A stretch of DNA of 64,000 nt, taken from NCBI GenBank assembly GCA_040377305.1, contig JBEIPA010000012.1, positions 1-64,000 of the forward strand. Reading direction: 5' to 3'. Position numbers and translations under genes: made by a program. The notes under the pieces are model-generated. The model was not told the DNA's origin and did not search any database. It saw only the letters and a program-made list of their open reading frames with translations. The first letter of the stretch is position 1, and each line of letters starts with the position of its first letter. This DNA comes from Flavobacteriales bacterium (GTDB lineage: Bacteria; Bacteroidota; Bacteroidia; Palsa-965). Below, piece by piece: positions 50,681-57,101 of this stretch.

Positions 50681-51121
50681 GCTGATAGCTCTTATCGGTT
50701 TCCAAACGAAATAGAACGCTCCAATAAGTATGTTCACAAGCGAAATAATATAAACTGAATTATACGTTTCAGACCTATAATAACTCAATCCGGCTTCTGT
50801 GTGCATATTCACTCCGGGATGAGAATTGTCGACGATGCAAAATGCGAAAATTAGAATTCCGATAGCTTGTAATATAAAAATGGATCCTTTAGCCAATCTA
50901 CTCTTTACTTTTCGTGTCTGTCGAATAAAAACAAAGTAACAGACTGGAAAGACAACAAATAAGAAAAAGTAATTGTACATGATTGAAGTCACGTGCATAC
51001 CAAAAGTCACACCATCATGAATGTCCTTGGTCTGGATTCCAACGGAAGGGATAATCAGTGAAGAAGTCAACACGATCAGAAATGCCGATCCTAATTTATT
51101 GAGATTAGTGAAGTCTGTCAA
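50675..51121 (-). CDS. Membrane protein; cassette gene
   Basis: Four TM segments; stop codon in the repeat end. Confidence 0.65.
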   Translation of the reverse strand: MTDFTNLNKLGSAFLIVLTSSLIIPSVGIQTKDIHDGVTFGMHVTSIMYNYFFLFVVFPVCYFVFIRQTRKVKSRLAKGSIFILQAIGILIFAFCIVDNSHPGVNMHTEAGLSYYRSETYNSVYIISLVNILIGAFYFVWKPIRAISP

Positions 51122-51163
51122 CGTTCTTATGTTTGGAGTCGCTCAGTGCTTTTAGCAGTAGGG

Positions 51164-51694
51164 TCACACTTCGGCTTGAAGCAGTTTGTCAATACCTCGA
51201 ATTATCAAATCGCGATGGGCATAAAATGATTTCGGAAAATCTTCGGTACCAACATGTGGGCGCTTTTCCAATGCAAACCAATTGCGGAGACCTATCAGGT
51301 TCTCTTTTTTACGTGCCAATAGATACCGTGAATCAACCGCAACCTTATAGAAATATAGTTCATCAGTGAGTGTAGCTTTCTGAATCGAACCGCATTCTAG
51401 ACATTTTATAAGGCCGATCTTTTTGTCCAGTTCATCTGTTTCGGAAAACATTAGCGGATACAGATTCATTAGCCACGTTGGATCTTTCATCCAAACTTTA
51501 CCTCCGAAAAGTTCATTTACAATTATTCCATTGTCAGGCTTATAGCACGCGGAAATTTCAGAGAAAGTCGCGTTAGTATATCGATCCTTAATTACAGCTA
51601 TGTGCTCTTCATAAATCCGACGGAATGGGAAGGTGAACTGAGCTTTAGCAGAACAGGTAGGGCAAACCACATCAATGTCATAATTAATCGTCAT
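51164..51694 (-). CDS. Hypothetical protein with two CxxC motifs; cassette gene
   Basis: CPTC and CLEC. Confidence 0.7.
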   Translation of the reverse strand: MTINYDIDVVCPTCSAKAQFTFPFRRIYEEHIAVIKDRYTNATFSEISACYKPDNGIIVNELFGGKVWMKDPTWLMNLYPLMFSETDELDKKIGLIKCLECGSIQKATLTDELYFYKVAVDSRYLLARKKENLIGLRNWFALEKRPHVGTEDFPKSFYAHRDLIIRGIDKLLQAEV

Positions 51695-51706
51695 GTGGAC
51701 AATTAC

Positions 51707-51790
51707 GCTTAACGTTTATGGATTGGCGCCGCGCTTTTTCCTTCTAATAAATATACGTGAAAAGTGGAGGGTGACAATACGCTGTTACCC
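51707..51790 (-). repeat. attC-like site, short class
   Basis: gcttaacgtttatggattggcgccgcgc...aatacgctgttaccc. Confidence 0.85.
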
Positions 51791-51807
51791 GTAGCAGTTG
51801 TATCAAA

Positions 51808-52170
51808 CTACTGCTTATCTGTCTCATTTTTGAACTCCTCGAGCATGCGATAAAACATATCTATTGATTCCAAATGCTGCTGTTTCGATGGTATCGTTTC
51901 CAGCATAACGTTCCAATCGATTTCTCTCGGTTCGAAGCCCATGCATTTGGCAAGAATCATATTGGCCCAACCTGCTGTGGATTCGTAATAGTCAAGTTTG
52001 CTAGCAACCCAGTCGTGAAATGGGTCTGATTGTAATTCAAATTTGTCTTCAACCAGCGCATGATGGTAACCAGAAATGTAAATGTGTATACTTTTTAAGG
52101 TGAGTTCTCCAGTGAACATTGCTGGTCGACCTTCTATTTGCTTCAACACCGGATAACAGTTCAGTATCAT
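51808..52170 (-). CDS. Hypothetical protein; cassette gene
   Basis: 120 aa; RPAMF..., F.DWVA..L..YES..GW. Confidence 0.7.
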   Translation of the reverse strand: MILNCYPVLKQIEGRPAMFTGELTLKSIHIYISGYHHALVEDKFELQSDPFHDWVASKLDYYESTAGWANMILAKCMGFEPREIDWNVMLETIPSKQQHLESIDMFYRMLEEFKNETDKQ

Positions 52171-52176
52171 ATTTTG

Positions 52177-52260
52177 CGATTAGGGGTTTGGGGAATTGCG
52201 ACTCTCTTGTCCTTCTAATCAATATACATAAAAGCGCGTGGAGCCAATGCGCTGTTAGCA
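52177..52260 (-). repeat. attC-like site with the left arm degenerate
   Basis: Right half ccttctaatcaatatacataaaagcgcgtggagccaatgcgctgttagca is intact. Confidence 0.75.
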
Positions 52261-52264
52261 CCAG

Positions 52265-52765
52265 TTATTGTTTGCTCCGCTCTTCCCACCACTTTTTTAT
52301 TTCCTGTACTCTTGTCGAATCAGTGATAGAACAGTCGACAAAGAAATTTGGGTACGGCTCATTTTTTCGATACGAATCAATTATATTCATCACCTGCCCT
52401 CCCAATGTAGAAAAATCATCACTGCCTGGCTTCCAATCGGATGAAATTGATTCCTTGACGCATTTAGCACGCCGCTTGGATTCTATTAATGTCATCAAAT
52501 AATTTAAGTCAGATTCCTTAATCCAATCCGATTTGGCTCTGTTTCCAGTTGTCAGGCGATAAATGGTATATATTCCCCTTTCTTCGAATTTGAGCAGTTC
52601 AACATAATCTACCACTGTAATTCTGTGAAAAAAAATCCAATCGTATTTATGGCGTTTTTGCTTATAGCGGTGGGTCGCTTCATTTAAATTAGCTCTTTCC
52701 ATTGAGTCTGCATGGTCCGAACATGCTGCCAGACTAATTGCAAATATTAAGAGCAGTCTGATCAT
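52265..52765 (-). CDS. Hypothetical lipoprotein; cassette gene
   Basis: Lipobox LAAC. Confidence 0.72.
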   Translation of the reverse strand: MIRLLLIFAISLAACSDHADSMERANLNEATHRYKQKRHKYDWIFFHRITVVDYVELLKFEERGIYTIYRLTTGNRAKSDWIKESDLNYLMTLIESKRRAKCVKESISSDWKPGSDDFSTLGGQVMNIIDSYRKNEPYPNFFVDCSITDSTRVQEIKKWWEERSKQ

Positions 52766-52776
52766 ATTAAAATTGG

Positions 52777-52856
52777 TGGTAACGTTTTTCGGATTGGCGC
52801 CGCGCGCTTTTCATTCTAATAAATATACGTGAAAAGAGCCCTTGAGCTGGTTAAGA
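52777..52856 (-). repeat. attC-like site with the right arm degenerate
   Basis: tggtaacgtttttcggattggcgccgcgcgcttttcattctaataaatatacgtgaaaag. Confidence 0.8.
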
Positions 52857-53258
52857 ATTGGTGTTTTCCCGATGTGCCACTTTGAACAGCATTGCGATTT
52901 GAATAAGCCCAAGAACCAGGAATGGAATTGCTGTCCACAAGTAAATGTCAGTCCCTCGCCAATAGCAATCAGGAATGATGAAAAATTGATAATGGACAAT
53001 TTCAATCGTGAGGAGAATGAATCCTGCAGCGAAAAATTTGAGAGACCTTAAGTTCGAAGTTGCAATCGCTAGTATTAAGCAAAGTAGTCCGATGAAATAT
53101 ATTAGTGCTATGAAAAAACTGTCGAGGGTTGTTAGCGACAAGTTAAAAGCCATTAGTCCAATTGTAGGGAATGAGAATTTGTTGCCGCTTCTAAATTGTA
53201 TCAAAGTTAAAACGAGGCAAGCAATTTTCAGAAATAATTGACTTCTTCTGGAGATCAT
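52851..53258 (-). CDS. Membrane protein; cassette gene, start reassigned to ATG 53258
   Basis: MISRRSQLFLK..., four TM segments; the upstream ORF extension is repeat translation. Confidence 0.65.
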   Translation of the reverse strand: MISRRSQLFLKIACLVLTLIQFRSGNKFSFPTIGLMAFNLSLTTLDSFFIALIYFIGLLCLILAIATSNLRSLKFFAAGFILLTIEIVHYQFFIIPDCYWRGTDIYLWTAIPFLVLGLIQIAMLFKVAHRENTNS

Positions 53259-53266
53259 ACGCTTGC

Positions 53267-53352
53267 TGCTAACGTTTTGCGGATTGGCGCCGCGCGCTTT
53301 TCCTTCCAATAAATATACGTGAAAAGCGCATGGTGCCAATGCGCTGTTAGCG
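53267..53352 (-). repeat. attC-like site, short class, intact, 86 bp
   Basis: tgctaacgttttgcggattggcgccgcgcgcttttc...gaaaagcgcatggtgccaatgcgctgttagcg. Confidence 0.9.
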
Positions 53353-53359
53353 TATCGTG

Positions 53360-53842
53360 CTACCGACTTTTGTTCTTCGATTTATTGCGAGCTTCAAATT
53401 CTGCGATCAGGGTGTTCAATTGAATTACCTGTTCAGTATTAATTGAACCTGTTTGTTGTGCTACAACTATATTGTCGATGACATAGTCGTATTCATGAAT
53501 GTTCTTTATTTTATTTCTTCGGAGAGCATCCTGAATCGCATCCTTCTTTTTGAATTGAAGTCCCGCACTTGCAATCAATTGCCAGAATTTGTCACTGTCA
53601 GGCCCCGCAGTTTCATTCCAGTAGATTAGAAAGTCATGTTCAAGATATTTGAGACTGGCGACCTTTCTGAATTGCGGCTCAGGATTTAGTGCCAATTTCC
53701 TAGTATTGGATGAAAAGAACAAAAGTGGCTCCTTGATGGATGCAGGCAAAGTTGACGATTCAGAAACTACCTGTTCGGCAATATCGATTGCTTTAACCAA
53801 TTCATTGGCTCGCTCTTCATAAATCGACTTCTTGGTAGTCAT
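53360..53842 (-). CDS. Hypothetical protein; cassette gene
   Basis: 160 aa between two repeats. Confidence 0.75.
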   Translation of the reverse strand: MTTKKSIYEERANELVKAIDIAEQVVSESSTLPASIKEPLLFFSSNTRKLALNPEPQFRKVASLKYLEHDFLIYWNETAGPDSDKFWQLIASAGLQFKKKDAIQDALRRNKIKNIHEYDYVIDNIVVAQQTGSINTEQVIQLNTLIAEFEARNKSKNKSR

Positions 53843-53852
53843 AGGGCATGTA

Positions 53853-53939
53853 CGCTAACGTTTTGCGGATTGGCGCCGCCCGCTTTTTCCTTCTAATAAA
53901 TATACATGAAAAGCGCGTGGTGCCAATGCGCTGTTATGC
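53853..53939 (-). repeat. attC-like site, short class, intact
   Basis: cgctaacgttttgcggattggcgcc...ggtgccaatgcgctgttatgc. Confidence 0.9.
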
Positions 53940-53944
53940 GGTAG

Positions 53945-54388
53945 TTATTTTATCTCAGAAACGTGAATGTCGCTACATGTTATCACGTTGATGATATGTC
54001 TTGCCGTTACGACAACATAGTGCCGAATTGAACTTTCCGAATTTAATTGGAATCCCAGCGTTTCATTTCTGCAGTATGTGAGGTAAGATGATTTCGTGTA
54101 AACTCTAATGCGATCGCCGTCGTACTCGCCAAATACGCCAGCGTCATAGCTTTCGTTAACAACGTGATATGCGATATAAGACGTAAAATGTAATCGATAT
54201 AATGCGCCGGAGTCGAAATTTACCGGGTAAACCGGACCTATATCGGTTTGTGATATGTTTAAACTCTGGGAAAGTTCGGACACTTCGCCTGCAATCAGAT
54301 CAATTATCAATTCATTCTCGCTGGGTTCAAATAATTTATCAACTAACAGGTTTCGGCAAGCATTAACTATGTCGTATGGTGTTGTCAT
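53945..54388 (-). CDS. Hypothetical protein; cassette gene
   Basis: 147 aa between two repeats. Confidence 0.75.
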   Translation of the reverse strand: MTTPYDIVNACRNLLVDKLFEPSENELIIDLIAGEVSELSQSLNISQTDIGPVYPVNFDSGALYRLHFTSYIAYHVVNESYDAGVFGEYDGDRIRVYTKSSYLTYCRNETLGFQLNSESSIRHYVVVTARHIINVITCSDIHVSEIK

Positions 54389-54395
54389 AAATTAC

Positions 54396-54481
54396 GCATA
54401 ACGTTTTGCGGATTGGCGCCGCGCGCTTTTCCTTCTAACTAATATACATGAAAAGCGCGTGGTGCCAATGCGCTGTTAGGC
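54396..54481 (-). repeat. attC-like site, short class, intact, 86 bp
   Basis: gcataacgttttgcggattggcgccgcgcgcttttc...gaaaagcgcgtggtgccaatgcgctgttaggc. Confidence 0.9.
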
Positions 54482-54904
54482 GTTGGACTTTCCTGAAGTT
54501 CCTTGAAAAACATCTTTATATTCAGGATGCTTCTTTTTGTCACTTGCCGAGAGCACGGTTCGCAATGCATTAGCGAGCACCCACTTCATGGATCGATCTT
54601 CTTCTTTATAGAAATGTTCGAGTAATTTGTCTTTCGCAATCGATCGGGCCGATTTCTCAGTTAGTGCTCTGATAATGCCTTCTCTTATACGCGAATGATG
54701 CGGAAGGTCAAGGTGTTTAACCAGGATTGGGTAGGCCTGTTCGTACGAACCGAGAAACTTGTTTTCTAAATGCTCGACAGCACGATTATTTACTAAATCA
54801 TAAACACTTTCTACAATACATCCTACGGCATTCAGTTCACGAACAAGTGTCTCTTGGTCTTTGAGAAGCATCTGATGAAATTCTTGTTTTTCAAGCTCGT
54901 TCAT
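54476..54904 (-). CDS. Helical, HEAT-like hypothetical protein; cassette gene
   Basis: IREGIIRAL and MKWVLANAL; TAA overlaps the repeat core. Confidence 0.75.
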   Translation of the reverse strand: MNELEKQEFHQMLLKDQETLVRELNAVGCIVESVYDLVNNRAVEHLENKFLGSYEQAYPILVKHLDLPHHSRIREGIIRALTEKSARSIAKDKLLEHFYKEEDRSMKWVLANALRTVLSASDKKKHPEYKDVFQGTSGKSNA

Positions 54905-54917
54905 GTACGTGTCTTGC

Positions 54918-55049
54918 GCCTAACGTTTTGCAGATTTGCGATGGGCGGGCTTTTTAACACAACTGGTCATTCGGAGAACTGAACTTTCGGTAACCACAAA
55001 ACTGTCTGCGGAGAACGAAACCCTGCCTATTGCAAATGTGCTGTTATGC
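54918..55049 (-). repeat. attC-like site, long class, 132 bp
   Basis: gcctaacgttttgcagatttgcgatgggcggg...ccctgcctattgcaaatgtgctgttatgc. Confidence 0.85.
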
Positions 55050-55061
55050 GTTCGCCATTCT

Positions 55062-55673
55062 TTACTCATTGGTGATGTCCTCAATTTTAGTTGCAAATTT
55101 TCTGTTGTCCTTTGAGATATGTTCGTAGTTGTCTTGTCCAACAAAAAAACTCGAAGGTGTCCAACTGTTTGTTAAAGGAGTTTTCAAATTGTCCAAGTAA
55201 TATTGTCCTGAAACTTCAAAGTCAAGAATTGCAAGTTGAAAAGGGTAGATTTTATATAACTGTTTCAATATTGTCGCAAAGAACTTTTTCAACTCGCTAG
55301 GGACTTTTGGGTTTTCAGTCCAAGTTTTGTATTCAGAACCGAACACCTTTTCTATTGCTGCTGTGTAAAAACAAATGTCAAACCAATTAAAGCCAGTTTC
55401 TACTGGCTCGTCTTCTCGTATATTGTATGTCATAAATGGAATTGCATAATTGTCAAGGTGCAAAACTCCAATATGTTGAATATTTACAATGTCAATTGGG
55501 ATTGAATTATTATTTACGTCAAAAGGTCCTTCAACGTTTTTTAAAGACCAAATAAAGTCAGTGTAAAGCCTTATTGGTTCGTTGTCTGCACTGGGACAAA
55601 CTTGAATAGCAAGTTCGTAAAAACCACCTGTTCTTAATTCTTTGTCAAGAAGTATATCGTTACTTTTTGTCAT
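55062..55673 (-). CDS. Hypothetical protein; first, integrase-proximal cassette
   Basis: 203 aa flanked by GTTATGCGT (55043) and ACGCATAAC (55705). Confidence 0.78.
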   Translation of the reverse strand: MTKSNDILLDKELRTGGFYELAIQVCPSADNEPIRLYTDFIWSLKNVEGPFDVNNNSIPIDIVNIQHIGVLHLDNYAIPFMTYNIREDEPVETGFNWFDICFYTAAIEKVFGSEYKTWTENPKVPSELKKFFATILKQLYKIYPFQLAILDFEVSGQYYLDNLKTPLTNSWTPSSFFVGQDNYEHISKDNRKFATKIEDITNE

Positions 55674-55704
55674 TCGTTCTCTAGCGCTGTAGTTTTATAT
55701 GGTG

Positions 55705-55753
55705 ACGCATAACTAGTTTATTTGCGCTACATCGTAGCGCAAATAAACCCTAG
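55705..55753 (-). other. Putative attI-equivalent primary integration site
   Basis: Last TAAC core of the array, abutting a perfect 15-bp inverted repeat gtttatttgcgctac-atc-gtagcgcaaataaac rather than an attC body. Confidence 0.65.
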
Positions 55754-55803
55754 ATGGCTGTATTGGCGCGTAAACATCCGATTTAGCTCATACAATTTAC
55801 AAA

Positions 55804-56685
55804 TTAAAGTGAATCGAAAGGCGAACGTATTTTCCCGATTGCATGGGCGCTTACGTGGGTATAAATCTCTGTCGTTTTGCTGCTCGCATGCCCCAACAAC
55901 TCCTGAATGTATCGAAGATCTGTTCCCGACTCCAGCAGATGAGTGGCAAAACTGTGCCGTAACCAATGAAGTGTGACCGGTTTCGTAATTCCCGCTCGGG
56001 CAACACTTTGCTTCAGCACCTGCTGCAAACTCCGGGCATCGTAGGGTTGACCGCACTCTTGTCCTTCGAATAGATATTTTACAGGACGATACGATTTGAA
56101 ATATTCACGCAACTGCTCGAGAATCTTTTCACTCAACGGAACAATTCTGTCCTTACGGCCTTTCCCATTCTTAATGATGACGAGCATGCGATTCGAATCA
56201 ATATGCTCCGGCAAAAGACCGATCAATTCTCCACTGCGCAATCCGCAACTGTAAATGAGCGATAACATAGCTTTGTGCTTGGTATTTATTGTGCGTGTAA
56301 GCAGAAGCTTTACTTCTTCTTTACTCAGCACATTCGGTAGTGGCTTTCCGCGACGCGGCCGATAGATCAATTCCGGATTCAGAATCTTATTGTGCAGAAT
56401 CCGGAAGTACAACTTTATTGCGTTGATACATTGATTCTGAAAGGACACAGACAATTCCTTCGCAATGATGTATTCCGAATTGAAACGCTGTACATCTGTG
56501 TTTGTAATCACAGAAACATCCTTGTCGCAAAAGGAAATAAATGTCCGTAAGCATTCCGTGTAAACCTTTATCGTACCATTACTATAACGGCGCGACTTCA
56601 GCCAGTCACTGAACTGTTCCATAGATGGAGTGGGTGCTCCCCGTCCGACCGGCTCGTCCGGGCGGGCATAAGTGTTCTCTTTCAT
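55804..56685 (-). CDS. Tyrosine recombinase / integron-like integrase
   Basis: YS..TI..Y N-terminal domain, LPNVLSKEEV, YSCGLRSGE, GKGRKDR, HWLRHSFATHLLESG.DLR.IQELLGH, TTEIYTHV, C-terminal RSPFD. Confidence 0.92.
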   Translation of the reverse strand: MKENTYARPDEPVGRGAPTPSMEQFSDWLKSRRYSNGTIKVYTECLRTFISFCDKDVSVITNTDVQRFNSEYIIAKELSVSFQNQCINAIKLYFRILHNKILNPELIYRPRRGKPLPNVLSKEEVKLLLTRTINTKHKAMLSLIYSCGLRSGELIGLLPEHIDSNRMLVIIKNGKGRKDRIVPLSEKILEQLREYFKSYRPVKYLFEGQECGQPYDARSLQQVLKQSVARAGITKPVTLHWLRHSFATHLLESGTDLRYIQELLGHASSKTTEIYTHVSAHAIGKIRSPFDSL

Positions 56686-56795
56686 ATTTTATCTTTTTCG
56701 TAGCGTACATATAGCTGCAAAGTAAAATGATAAAAATGAAATAGCCGTTTGTAAACGTTTGTAAACGGATAATCTCCGGTATTCGACGAAATTCA

Positions 56796-57043
56796 TTGTC
56801 ATCCCGATAGCTATCGGGATGAGCGTAGCCGAAGGGTGACAAGTGAAGGCCAGACTGAACGTATCCAGATAGCGATCGGGAGACGGGTGATAAGCAGCGT
56901 AGTCGAATTCACTTCTGTTGATCTTGGTACATTGTCAGATTGAGCACTTCGACAGGCTCAGCACAGGCTTCGCCGAAGGTTGACAAGCAGAATTGTGAGA
57001 CTCAGCGCCTGACCGCTGTGGAGCGTAGCTGAAGGTTGACGAA
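56796..57043 (+). repeat. Cluster of REP-like units with nested insertions
   Basis: tgagcgtagccgaagggtgacaa units; perfect palindrome atcccgatagctatcgggat; ttcgacaggctcagc insert. Confidence 0.7.
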
Positions 57044-57046
57044 CAG

Positions 57047-57082
57047 AAAACAAAAGCCCACGAAGTTTAAACTCCGTGGGCT
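57047..57082 (-). terminator. Intrinsic terminator of the large surface-protein gene
   Basis: agcccacg/cgtgggct stem with a T-rich tail on the minus strand. Confidence 0.75.
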
Positions 57083-57101
57083 CCGTGTACTTCGTGATCA
57101 A

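Noticed and set aside
53259-53339. N-terminal extension of ORF 52851-53339, and ORFs 52811-53005 and 54920-55144
   Set aside because: These are translations of the repeats; the same FHVYLLE peptide appears in two of them.
50595-54481. Repeats as plain terminators or REP elements
   Set aside because: No U-tract follows the stem on the coding strand, they occur one per gene next to an integrase, and cassette-specific end complementarity is unexplained by either.
50595-55049. CRISPR array interpretation of the repeats
   Set aside because: Repeats are 80-132 bp, the intervening segments are whole genes of 400-1000 bp, and no cas genes are present.
55804-56685. Calling the recombinase xerC/xerD, intI or a prophage integrase
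   Set aside because: It lacks the IntI insertion, has no phage genes nearby, and its array context and SP.D tail are unlike housekeeping Xer; no gene symbol assigned.
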